From: Macrostomum lignano
Taxonomy: Eukaryota
Direction of reading: 5' to 3'
Assembly (NCBI GenBank): GCA_002269645.1
Contig: NIVC01001927.1
Span: 1-26,339, forward strand
Length of the DNA: 26,339 bases
Part shown: positions 1-10,041 of the stretch, piece after piece
How the letters are laid out: every line of letters begins with the position of its first letter
Position numbering within the stretch: the first letter of the stretch is position 1
Translations under genes and position numbers: made by a program
Notes under the pieces: generated by a model
The model's input: the letters and a program-made list of their open reading frames with translations, nothing else
Databases searched by the model: none
Told to the model about the DNA's origin: nothing

Positions 1-1169
1 TCCGCGATTCCGGGCGGCTGCCCGCTAAGGTCGACTCGGAAGCCCAGCTTCTCCATCAGTCTCTATCCACGATGTTGTCGCCGCCTGGCGCAACGAAGAA
101 CCGGTGCTGCATCGCCTTGTCGCCGTAGCGCACCTCCAGCTCGGTGACACCACTTAGCTGGATCGCAGTCCGCCGTAGGCACGCAGCTTCGTCGTAGTGG
201 GAGAGGTGACTGCACCTGAGATCCGATCGGCGGTCTGTCGGGACAGCAGCGACACCCTTGCGCCGCAGTCCACCATCAGGCTGACAGCGGTCCTGTCCGG
301 TCCGAGTTCCAGCGTCGCCCGGACCTCCCTGTCGCCACCTGGCACTGCGTAGACTGTGATCACCTCGTCCGCGGCATTGACAACAGCCTGCTGGCTGCGA
401 CAGCAACTCCGGAAGTGGTTTTTCTTGCCACAGGCGTCGCATGTCTTGCCCTTGGCCGGACAGGGGGCCGTCGGTCCGTGGTCTCGCCCGCAGCGTGTGC
501 AAGCGCCGCCGGGTTTGGCCGTCCTGCCAGCTGGTGCTGGGCGGTGCCTCCCCTTTGCAGCGACCTTCTGGCCCCTCGGCTGTCGGATCGATTGGACGGC
601 TGCCGTGCTCGAGGTTGATGGCGCCATCGCCTTGGCTTCTTTGGAGGCTTCCTCGATGGAGACCGCGATGCTGAGTGCTTTCGCCAGGTTGAGGTCCTCC
701 ACCTTCTCCGTCAGCAGCCTCTCTCGGATTCTGGGGTTACTGGTCTTCTCAGCCAGCTGGTCTCTGATGAGATCGTCCTGTATCGCGCCGTAGTTGCACA
801 GCTCCGTCAGCTCCCTCAGGGCTGCCACGAAGGTCTTGACGTCCTCGCCGGGTAGCTGCTGGCGCTGGCGGAAGCGATATCTGGCCACCATCACGTTGGG
901 CTTCTCGCCGAAAATCTTCTCGAGCTCCGCCTTAGTTGCTGCGAACGTGTCGTTCTCCTTGATTGCTTGGCGTGCTCGAGCAACCCGCTGACCTTCGAAT
1001 CCAAGCAGATGGAGCAGAAGGCTCCTCTTCAGCGGTTTCGCCTCTTCCTTCCCTTCGGGCTCCTTGAATTGGGCCGCCTCGTAATAAAATTCAAAGGCCT
1101 CAATCCATCGGCTCCATGGTACTGTCGGTTCGCCAGGAAGGGCGTGGGTGCAGGGATGCTAGCCGCCAT
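1..1169 (-). mobile_element. gag: Ty3/Gypsy (Mag/K02A2.6-like) LTR retrotransposon, internal region: gag with two Zn knuckles fused in frame to an aspartic protease; truncated by the window edge; three apparent 1-bp frameshifts
   Basis: ATG at 1169 lies directly after the PBS. After a shift near 1137 the frame reads PGEPTVPWSRWIEAFEFYY...LLLHLLGFEGQRV...ARYRFRQRQQLPGEDVKTFVAALRELTELCNYG...IRDQL, then CTRCGRDH-x5-C and CDACGKKNH-x4-C knuckles, then protease LMVDCGARVSLL...LRAYGG/TAIQLSG...NIVDRD/LMEKLGF. Frameshifts are near 1137, 169 and 58. Confidence 0.92.
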
Positions 1170-1180
1170 CCTCGTCGCCA
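1170..1180 (-). other. Primer-binding site (TGGCGACGAGG) of the Gypsy element
   Basis: TGG-starting motif 1 nt inside the LTR 3' end (...AACA) and immediately before the gag ATG. The primer tRNA was not identified. Confidence 0.75.
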
Positions 1181-1181
1181 A

Positions 1182-1406
1182 TGTTCTGTTGTTGAATTAA
1201 CGAACGCAGAAACAAGATAGATTAATTATCCGGGCGCCCAGTGGCACCAAAAGAGGGCTTGGCCAATAGGAGGGCGGCTCGTATATTTATGCACGCGGGG
1301 AAGGAAAGTTCTAGAAAGACCGGGGAAGGAAACTTCTGGAACTATGCGTAAACAAGTCCGCGGTGGAACTACCCCTACGCATCGCATGCCTTTGCAATAC
1401 ACAACA
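1182..1406 (-). mobile_element. 5' LTR (~225 bp) of the Gypsy element
   Basis: On the minus strand it begins TGTTGTG (1406) and ends CAACAGAACA (1182), giving TGTT...AACA inverted termini. A TATA-like ATAAATA lies near 1290 and the PBS follows directly. The partner LTR and TSD are outside the window. Confidence 0.75.
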
Positions 1407-2904
1407 GATAGCTTGAGGAAATATTACATTGAAAAGTTTTAAAATGTTACTTGAGAGAGTACATAATTAATGAATAAAAACGTGTAAGAGTTCTTCGCCA
1501 AGTCGAACAGCTCTTTGAGCCTTTATAGTTTACGAAGGCGTCACGAGTACGCTCGTAAATGTACGTTCAGGACCAAAAAGCTGCGTTAGGGTCTTTTATA
1601 AATTTCAATTTTATCAACTGAACACAAAATCTTTGTCCATCTTTTTTCGCCTGTTGCTAGCCTCGCTACGATTCTGCAGATTCGCGATCAGCTGACCAGT
1701 CTGGCTACCGACCTTGTTGCCATAGTTACCAGCCTCCGTGCTGGGCACTGTGACTGCCAACCTGTCAGAGGTGTCCAGTAGACTTCGTTCTGTTCCCCCT
1801 TCGGAGCCATGCTTAGCTGCTGTCTTTGGTTGGCCCTGAAATTGAGGTAAACTTCTAAAACTGTACCAGATACAAGCATGTACATGCGCCGAAATACATA
1901 TGCCATGTACGCGCTGTAGAGCTAACACTTACGCGTTGATCGTAGTTGGCTAGAAATCCCCACTGCTCATCTCTACAAAAAGGAATGCATGAATTTTCAT
2001 CATTGATTAATTTATGCATGCTAGTACATATGTCGTGCGCACAGCTAGCAGGCCCCAAAAGCCCCCAAAGGGTAACCAAGCTCGACAAATGACAGGAGCT
2101 CAACTTTTGGGCCTCTTGGACGCGGCATCTACCGGCCGAAGGCAAGGGTAGGGGGGCACTCACCAAGAGTCATAGGCGCCCACCATGATACCAAATGTTC
2201 GCGTCCCTAAAGCATGCTAAACTAAAGTATGCTAATATTTTCGAATCGAACTCGCCTCTGCCGATCAAGAAGCGCCTCGCGTATCAAATTTTGGCGCCAA
2301 ATTTCGTCGCGCAAAGCCGGATCAATCGCCATGGAAACTGCGACGCGAGATGACCAACTCGCAACTTGAGTCTTTAGAAGATTGAGTCTAGACAATGCTC
2401 CACGGTAGTTACTGCAGTGGGAGGGCAACATGCAGCTGCTTACTAGTTTTACAGTGCAGTCTGGTCGAACTAGAGGAGTGCAGCAACCAAACAGCTGTCT
2501 CTTAGCTACCGACTCCGCATCCAGTCGCATTGAAGCCACAACTGCTGTACAGGTACCCCATCGGGGGGGGGGGAGGATCAGGCGAATCCCAACAACAGCT
2601 CTTAAAGCTATAACGCTTCTTCCCCTCTGCCCAAAAGCAGATGTATTTAGCAGCGGAGAAGTCACGCAGACAGCCTATTGTTCTCAAACGGAATGGATCG
2701 ATATAGTCGCCTGCTCTCATCTCTAACCGCTGTCTGTCTGCATCTCTCTTACCCTCTCGTCTATCTCTCATCCCCCAAAAATTGTTTTTTTCCTATGCGA
2801 CACTTAATTAAATTGGAAATGGCATTTTTCATTTGGAATTTTTTCATTACCCCGCGGTTGGTGCGGGACTAGCTTGTAGACTGATGGAGTAAGGAGTGGT
2901 GCAG

Positions 2905-3265
2905 GGGGCCGTAGCCCAGCGGTAGCGCAGCTGCTCTGGTGTGCCAGCGACCCAGGCTCGATTCCAAGTGCAGTCACATTAATTTGGGGCTGAATTGGAA
3001 TCTCGGCTTGGCTCTGCTCGTGCAATTAACGGCCTTGAGAGCCAACCCCCCTAAGGCGCAGTGAAGTGTACATGCCTAACGATAATATAAAGTTAGGGCC
3101 GCTGTACACTCCTGTGTGAGTGTGTGCCTGCGTACGTATCCGCGCGCTTGTATGCCTGCTCAGGGGAGTCGGCAGAATGGGCAGTAATGCCTCTCGCCGG
3201 CTGTGTGCCTATGTCACTTAAAGTGCGCCAGGGTGCACACAACCCCCTGCCTCTAATAACAAAAA
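2905..3265 (+). mobile_element. tRNA-derived SINE, full length, A-rich tail, 14-bp target-site duplication
   Basis: Head GGGGCCGTAGCCCAGCGG (A box) ... GGCTCGATTCC (B-box variant); tail TAATAACAAAAA; flanked by identical AAGGAGTGGTGCAG at 2891-2904 and 3266-3279. Confidence 0.8.
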
Positions 3266-3405
3266 AAGGAGTGGTGCAGTACTGCTGCATGGGGCAAACT
3301 ATGCAATTGGGAATTATATTGCCTAATCATGGGGATTTCAGTAATTATTTTATTATATGTTTAGCCAAAAAACTTCATTAGACTTCCATACGGAACCTCA
3401 TGGAT

Positions 3406-3840
3406 AACTTCCAGTCTACAATCCTCCACTCGGCAACCTTCCAGTCTACAGTCCTCCACTCGGCAACCTTCCAGTCTATAGTCATCCAATCGGAAACCTT
3501 CCCAGTCTATAGTCATCCAATCAGCAACTTTCCTGTCTACAATCATCCGATCGGCAACCTTCCAGTCTACAATCATCCACTCGGCAACCTTCCAGTCTAC
3601 AATCATCCACTCGGCAACCTTCCAGTCTACAATCATCCAATCGGCAACCTTCCAATCTACAATCATCCAATCGGCAACCTTCCAGTTTATAGTCATCCAA
3701 TCGGCAACCTTCCAATCTACAATCATCCAATCGGCAACCTTCCAGTTTATAGTCATCCAATCGGAAACCTTCTAGTCTACAATCATCCAATCGGCAACCT
3801 TTCCGTCTACAATCATCAACTCGGCAACCTTCCAGTAGAC
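3406..3840. repeat. 30-bp minisatellite (AATCATCCAATCGGCAACCTTCCAGTCTAC), ~14 copies
   Basis: Tandem units read directly; the array ends ~470 bp upstream of the CLCA start codon. Confidence 0.95.
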
Positions 3841-4308
3841 GAAAATATTCATCCAGAAACCAATCCACTTTCCAGCATGTACCGTCCCCATCCAAAAGAT
3901 AAAATAGAGCTCAGCCCCTGCCTGAGCAATATTCGACATAGTACAAGCATTCCGTCAGTTCAAGGCAGGATGGAATCTAAAAAATAAAAAAGTTGAGCTC
4001 ACTCGGACAAAAATTTCTAGATAACCAATGATGTACACTCCTACCAGCATTGGTTTAGCAATACTCTCTATCTAGGAATGTTAAATTGCCTGCAGGAAAA
4101 ATTGCAAGTCTCAGAGCCAACTACTGCTGACTTTGTACGCTTTTTGTTTTAAAAATAAAATTCTTATCAATTCAAAAGTGTGGTTGCTCAAGCTTGCAAC
4201 ACACTTGAGAACATTTATTATCTTTAGTAGCTGCAGATATTTGAGACCATTGGTCTGCCTGAAAATATCATACTGCACCTGTCAGTTTGAAGTCTTCTGC
4301 TATTTCTG

Positions 4309-4479
4309 ATGAAGCTCATGAATTGTGAATTGATTTGGATTATTCTATCAGCGCTGCTGTGCTGCGGTCAGCTGGGATCATCCGGCATTGAATTGGGATC
4401 GGACGGCCGATTCAGCGGGATTCGAGTGTCCATCGATTCAGGCGTACCTGTCAACAGGACTGCGTTAGGGAAGCTGAAG
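4309..4479 (+). CDS. CLCA: CLCA-like protein, coding exon 1 (signal peptide and N-terminus)
   Basis: MKLMNCELIWIILSALLCCG (signal-like), then IELGSDGRFSGIRVSIDSGVP resembling CLCA IQLNNNGYEGIVVAIDPNVP. Donor AAG|GTGAGT, phase 0. Confidence 0.85.
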
Positions 4480-4649
4480 GTGAGTGAGGAATGCGATTCT
4501 TTGCAAATGACTGATGTAGATAATTAGGTAAATAGTATATGAAGATTAATTAGTCTGTCTAAGTTTTGTTACCGAGGTGAGGTGGGTACGTGAGGTGGCT
4601 AGGTGGGGTAGTGTATGTGCGATGGACTAATGGTTGAGGTTGGGGTGGC

Positions 4650-5186
4650 CTGAAGGTGGGTGGGCTGAAGATGAGGTGAGCTGAAGGTGCGGTGAGCTGA
4701 AGGTGCGGTGAGCTGAAGGTGCGGTGAGCTGAAGGTGCGGTGAGCTGAAGATGAGGTGAGCTGAAGGTGCGGTGAGCTGAAGGTGCGATGCGGTGAGCTG
4801 AAGGTGCGGTGAGCTGAAGATGAGGTGAGCTGAAGGTGCGGTGAGCTGAAGGTGTGGTGAGCTGAAGGTGCGATGCGGTGAGCTGAAGATGAGGTGAGCT
4901 GAAGATGAGGTGAGCTGAAGATGAGGTGAGCTGAAGGTGTGGTGAGCTGAAGGTGCGATGCGGTGAGCTGAAGATGAGGTGAGCTGAAGATGAGGTGAGC
5001 TGAAGGTGCGGTGAGCTGAAGGTGCGGTGAGCTGAAGGTGCGGTGAGCTGAAGGTGCGGTGAGCTGAAGGTGCGTTGAGCTGAAGGTGCGGTGAGCTGAA
5101 GGTGCGGTGTGCTGAAGGTGCGGTGAGCTGAAGGTGCGGTGAGCTGAAGGTGCTGTGAACTGAAGGTGCGGTGAGCTGAAGGTGCG
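4650..5186. repeat. 16-bp minisatellite (GTGAGCTGAAGGTGCG / GTGAGCTGAAGATGAG), ~33 copies, CLCA intron 1
   Basis: Tandem units with occasional ATGCG insertions. Confidence 0.95.
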
Positions 5187-5234
5187 ACGGGCTGTGCACT
5201 GAATAACAGAATCCAAATCAAAAAATTGTTCCAG

Positions 5235-5532
5235 ACAGCATTTCAGCTGGCTTCGGAACTCTTGGCCGTGTCCACGAAGCCCGTAATGAACGGCAGGAAG
5301 TCTTACGCTTTCGGCTCGGTGAAATTTCTGCTTCCGGACAGCTGGAGCAGCGCCGGATTGCCGAGTCGCTTTGGAACCAGTGGCAGGCAGGACGAGTTGG
5401 CGCACTTCCGGGTGCACAACGCACAGGATGGGAGCCAGGAGCCGTGGACGCCTCAGCCGTTGGGCTGCGGGAAGCCCGGCCTGTTCACCCTGCTGCCCTG
5501 GCCGGCTGTGACTACGCTGGACGAGGAGACTC
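5235..5532 (+). CDS. CLCA: CLCA-like protein, exon 2
   Basis: Acceptor TTGTTCCAG|, donor C|GTGAGT (phase 1). FGSVKFLLPDSW resembles FKNVAILIPETW; EPWTPQPLGCGKPG resembles EPYTEQMGNCGEKG. Confidence 0.9.
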
Positions 5533-5580
5533 GTGAGTGGCGAGACTTGCTCTCGATCTCGTACACCTCAATCGAATCTC

Positions 5581-5962
5581 AGGACTCAGTCTCACCTTAG
5601 GACTCAGTCTCATCTTTGAGCTGTCAATCTCACCTTAGGACTCGATCTCACGTTAGGACTCGATCTCTCACCTTAAGAACTCAATCTCACCTTAGGACTC
5701 GATCTCACCTTAGGACTCAATCTCACCTTAGGACTCGATCTCACCTTAGGACTCAATCTCACCTTAGGACTCGATCTCTCACCTTAAGGACTCCATCTCA
5801 CCTTAGGACCCAGTCTTACCTTAGGACTCCAAGTCTCATCTTTGAGCTCTCAATCTCACCTTAGGACTCCATCGCACCGTAGGACTCAATCTCACCTTCG
5901 GACTCGATCTCCCCTCAGGACTCAATCTCACCTTAGGACTCGATATCACCTTGGGACTCAAT
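5581..5962. repeat. 18-bp minisatellite (AGGACTCAATCTCACCTT), ~21 copies, CLCA intron 2
   Basis: Tandem units fill most of the intron. Confidence 0.95.
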
Positions 5963-6016
5963 TTCTGAGTGTCTGCCACAGCGAGCTACAGGGAAGCGGG
6001 TTTTCTGTTGTTTCAG

Positions 6017-6534
6017 TCAGCCGCGTCATCCTGCGCGAGTTCAGCCGGCTCCGCTGGGGCGCATTCGCCGAGTTCAACGGGCACGCCGGGCCGCACGGCT
6101 ACGTGAGCGGCAACCGGCTTCACCCGGTGCGCTGCTCGGCCGCCCTGAGCGGCATATTCGCTCACAACGAGACCTACGACAGGTGCAAAATCGACCGGGA
6201 GACGCTGACTTTGGAGCCTAACTGTAGATTCTTTCTAAACCCCGATCAGCCCACAGCCGAGGCGTCGCTTATGTACACCGTCTACATTGGCGCGGTGCGG
6301 CACTTCTGCGCCAGCGTCGGCCAAAGCGGCCTGGCGCACAACCCGGACGCGCCGAACCCGCACTACCGGCACTGCCCGGCCGGAGCCAGCGTGCGAGACG
6401 TGCTAGCGGGCCACGAAGACTTCCGGTTCGGGCCGGAGATAACTGACCCGGACACGAAGATCAACTTTACGGAGGTGACGCCGATAATCGATCGTCGACT
6501 TGTCGTAGTCATGGACGTGTCGCGGAGCATGCGG
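6017..6534 (+). CDS. CLCA: CLCA-like protein, exon 3 (degenerate metalloprotease motif, Cys-rich region, start of vWA)
   Basis: Acceptor GTTTCAG|TC, donor CGG|GTAAAA (phase 0). REFSRLRWGAFAEF corresponds to HEWAHLRWGVFDEY; also VRCSA, ASLMY, HNPDAPN and MIDAS VVVMDVSRSM. Confidence 0.93.
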
Positions 6535-7192
6535 GTAAAATCGCTGGGAAAAGGCCTTTTTAAGCACGCTCGTACTTATACATGAGGGTTGCAGGCTGCA
6601 GGCACCCTGGCCTGGCGCAACTCCTTCGACGACACTGTCCCATTAAAATGTTGAGGCAACTCTGCCCATTCCGCTGGCTCCTGAGAACAATACAAGCGCG
6701 CCAATGCTGTACGCGGCACAGCACTCATGCACACGCTAACACACTCTTTGTGCCTTGTGGGTTGGTCCTCGTGGGTGTGAATCGGCCAATTTTAGACAAT
6801 TGCTTTTGGCCATAACAGTCACGTATTGCCATTTAAAAGTGACAAAGACTCTTCTATTCATCCAAATGCTACGGGCTACACAATATTGCATAGAATTGTT
6901 CAGTCATTCTATCTTTTATGCGTGCTTGCCATGCTTAGAAGTGAAATCGCTTACTAATTAGTAGAAATTCAAGGATAGGAATTGAATACCTTGTCGTTCA
7001 TGCAGAACTCGCGGCTCTTAAAACAAAGAAGAGCAGCTGAACCAGAAGAACCAGCAAAAGTGCCCAATCTACTAAAATGCGACTCACCAAAGATCTCCCA
7101 AGGTCTATCCAGCTGAGGATGAATGCTACTGAATGGATCCTGGGAACCAGTACATCAAAATCAGACCCTCATATCGGTTACTTTCACTTCAG

Positions 7193-7420
7193 GGCCAACC
7201 GTTGGACAAGATGAAGCAGTCGATGCAGAACCTGTTGAGCCAGCAGCTGGCAGACGATGTGCAATGCGCCCTGATCTCATACTCCACGTCTGTGCACATA
7301 CTGGCACCGCTCAGGCAGCTCAACAGCTCGGAGGCTCGGCAAGCTCATTGGGGGCTGGTGAGGAGTCTGACTGCAAGCGGCGTCACCGCCACAGGCGATG
7401 CGATGGCAGCTGCCCTGGAG
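7193..7420 (+). CDS. CLCA: CLCA-like protein, exon 4 (vWA domain)
   Basis: Acceptor CTTTCACTTCAG|, donor GAG|GTAAAA, phase 0/0. CALISYSTSVHILAPLRQLNS...TASGVTATGDAMAAAL is vWA-like. Confidence 0.88.
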
Positions 7421-7699
7421 GTAAAAACATTACAATGGCATTGACGACGGGCCTGCAGCTCTTGCTGAGATTTACTCGTATGATCATGCGTAACTCGATT
7501 CCATCTCTATTTTTCGATTTAATGCTAGACGAATTTCATTTCTTATTTAAGTCCAGATTTTAAGGCGATCCAGATATTTACGATCCGTACTCCAAAATGC
7601 ACGAAATTTAAATCGATTTTATTAAGGCAGTTTCATAAACAACAACAACAATACAAGATACTGTTAAAATGTTTCAAGTGAAAAAAGATAGAACGGTCA

Positions 7700-7935
7700 C
7701 CAAATATGTGCCGTTGCGCTGTCGACTGAATGCAGCCAGCAGGCAGTCGACGAAATGCCGAGTGTGCACCTGTCCTCGCCGGTAGGGTGCCTGCAGCGTC
7801 AGCAACAGCATCCCCTGCACCAGCTGCTGGCAGTACAACTCGGCGGGGATGATGCGACCTGCTAGCTGGAGTCGCCGACGGTGCTTGGACGGACTAGACC
7901 GGCGGTACTTCACACTCGCAGCCAGCCAAGTCTTA
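7700..7935 (-). mobile_element. 5'-truncated RTE-like non-LTR retrotransposon fragment (C-terminal end of ORF) in CLCA intron 4
   Basis: HRRRLQLAGRII-AELYCQQLVQGMLLLTLQAPYRRGQVHTRHFVDCLL resembles the RTE-clade post-RT motif RRLRxAGH...LL....RRRGRP...Y/F-xD. A (TTG)n run at ~7637-7653 is a possible tail. Confidence 0.65.
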
Positions 7936-8023
7936 TTGGCCTTCAAAACTTTCTCTCTAAGCCTCTTGGGATTCCTACTTAATTATATTGAAGATGTGAT
8001 CTCCCCTTCATCTCCCACCGCAG

Positions 8024-8332
8024 CTGCTCGGCTGCAACCTGACTCAGCCGTCCCGTTCCAACACCGGCCAAGTCCTGCTGATCACCGATGGCGAGGAGAA
8101 CCACCAGTTGCGCTACAGCCTGAGCGACATCGTCCGGATCGCTGCTCAGACGTCCGTGACTGTGGACACTGTGGCCTTCGGCCGGCTGGCCGACACTCGT
8201 CTAGCCCGACTGTCCGCAACTACTGGAGGCACAGCGCACTTCTCCAGATTCCTGGGCCCCGTTAACGATATGGTGGAGAGTCTCGGACAGGTGGCCGGCC
8301 GAATGGCCGACAGTCCGGATGCCTGGGTCAAC
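8024..8332 (+). CDS. CLCA: CLCA-like protein, exon 5 (vWA C-terminal half)
   Basis: Acceptor TCTCCCACCGCAG|, donor AAC|GTGAGT, phase 0/0. GQVLLITDGEEN resembles SEIVLLTDGEDN; VDTVAFG...LARLSATTGG resembles IHTVALG...LEELSKMTGG. Confidence 0.92.
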
Positions 8333-8360
8333 GTGAGTACTAGCCGCCAGTAGCAGAGAT

Positions 8361-8521
8361 GGCCAGTAGCCAGTGGCCAGTAGCCAGTAGCCAGTAGCCA
8401 GTGGCCAGTAGCCAGTAGCCAGTGGCCAGTAGCCAGTAGCCAGTGGCCAGTAGCCAGTAGCCAGTAGCCAGGAGCCAGTGGCGAGTAGCCAGTAGCCAGT
8501 GGCCAGTAGCCAGTAGCCAGT
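8361..8521. repeat. 7-bp tandem repeat (GCCAGTA/GCCAGTG), ~23 copies, CLCA intron 5
   Basis: Directly visible. Confidence 0.95.
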
Positions 8522-8556
8522 CTGATTCCAGCCTTCACAATGCCCTTTCCACACAG

Positions 8557-8796
8557 CTGATTTCAAGCCAGCTCCGAAGCAGCCGCAACGCCACACCAGC
8601 GGCGCTCAGTTTTACCGTCGACTCTTCAGTGAGCGGCGCCGGTCTGCAGGCTTTCGTTATTGGCGCAGTCAGGCCGGCGCGGGTTCTGCTGCACCTGGCG
8701 CCAGTTGGCGACGCCCTCGACGCTGCAGTCGAGGAGGATCTGCAAGGCGATGTGCAACTGGGCAGCGGGCTGCTGCGGCTGAAAGGAAGAATTCGG
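8557..8796 (+). CDS. CLCA: CLCA-like protein, exon 6 (beta-sheet-rich domain)
   Basis: Acceptor CCCTTTCCACACAG|, donor CGG|GTGAGG, phase 0/0. LSFTVDSSVSG resembles GTVIVDSTVG. Confidence 0.85.
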
Positions 8797-8908
8797 GTGA
8801 GGAGCGACTCACCGTGCTGCTCAGCTCACAGGCTAGTCTAGCAATCCATTCTGTTCCTAAATCTAAAGATAGCCTTAGACTCTAGAATTATCTGTCAAAC
8901 ATAAGAGA

Positions 8909-9039
8909 CTCATGGGGGAATTTCTAAGACGTCAAGGTTCATGGAGGGAATTGCTGAGATTTCAAGGCTCATGAGGGAATCGATGAGATGCGAAGGCTCA
9001 TGGGGAATTGCTGAGATGTCAAGGCTTATGGGGGAATCC
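8909..9039. repeat. Degenerate ~29-bp tandem repeat (CTCATGGGGGAATTGCTGAGATGTCAAGG), ~4.5 copies, CLCA intron 6
   Basis: Units of 28-30 bp. Confidence 0.85.
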
Positions 9040-10041
9040 ATTGATTAGACTAGCAATCCATTAAGCTGTTTATCGAGTAGTTTATAGAATTACGGTATTA
9101 AAAGTACAAGATAATTACTCTAAGTAGCTTAACAAGCTGTAAACGCTGTACATTATCACTGTTAATCTGGGCAGGTAACTCGAAATCTAGTGTATTAACC
9201 AGAATGATTTTGATAAGCTTTCTACTCTCTATCCACCTATGCATGCACAACGCATTTCTGCCATAATTCAAGCCTTTAAATGCGGATAATTGCAGGAATT
9301 CCTATAGCAATGGCGTTGGAATGCAGCAAAAATTATTGCTTCTGCTATACAGCCTGTCCCCTGTTCTTCCCAGCTTCACTTTTTATCATCATCGCAAGCA
9401 TAAACTCGGACGGCCCAGGGCCGTTCCTTATCGAATTTGCAAGAACAGCCATATTTGCTGGCAATTATGATTATTTACCGAAACTCCTGCAGTTTTCACA
9501 TGCAAATCTTCTACCTGATAGCTATAGAAATTCTCGTTCAAGCGGTTGCTCGCCGTCTGCGGCCACACAAAAAGTGCATCGTGTCCTTACTAAATAGGCC
9601 TTCAGGTTCCTATAGCAACCATTTCCCATGACTTTGAAGTCCCAGCTCCTTGAAGAGTCAAGAGCATCTTTTAGCACGGGGCTCTGATCTCTGATTCTCT
9701 CTGGCGGTAAACCCATGCGGTCCCGTGAGAGTTGAGATCAGGTTGGCTGTGGTCTTGGGTTGGGAGTCGCAATGCCCTCCTTAGTCCTCGGGTTCGATGC
9801 CACAATAATTTTAGACTCGGAGACTGGCCCACACCGCCAAGGCACAGAGATTGTACACATGCGTGACGACGAGAAAGTGAGAGCCACTGTCCACCCTGTG
9901 TGAGCGTGTGCCCGCGTACTTTTTCAACTCAGCCTCCTTGCAAACTTTTCATGCTGACGGAGTAGAGCCCAAAAGCTTTATTTTCATGCTTAATCTCAGC
10001 TCAACCAGCTTGAACTCTTTTCCAACCGAACTCCAACGCAG

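Noticed and set aside
2905-2977. Functional tRNA gene (likewise 21645-21717, minus strand)
   Set aside because: The acceptor stem does not pair for the 2905 head, and both heads continue into SINE bodies with tails; treated as SINE heads.
3877-3910. HPKDKI resembling the segment before a Penelope GIY-YIG domain
   Set aside because: No following VVYxIxC...YIG motif and no RT nearby.
3361-3987. ORFs with NHPIGNLPVY / DWKVADWMIV repeats
   Set aside because: Translation of the 30-bp minisatellite; several frames are open, with no splice or homology support.
4559-5417. Long minus-strand SSPHLQLTAPSAHRTF ORFs
   Set aside because: By-product of the 16-bp intronic repeat, antisense to CLCA.
9630-9716. 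Minus-strand LKDALDSSRSWDFK resembling the start of a PDE catalytic domain
   Set aside because: Too short; a stop lies just upstream, there are no splice signals and no further PDE motifs.
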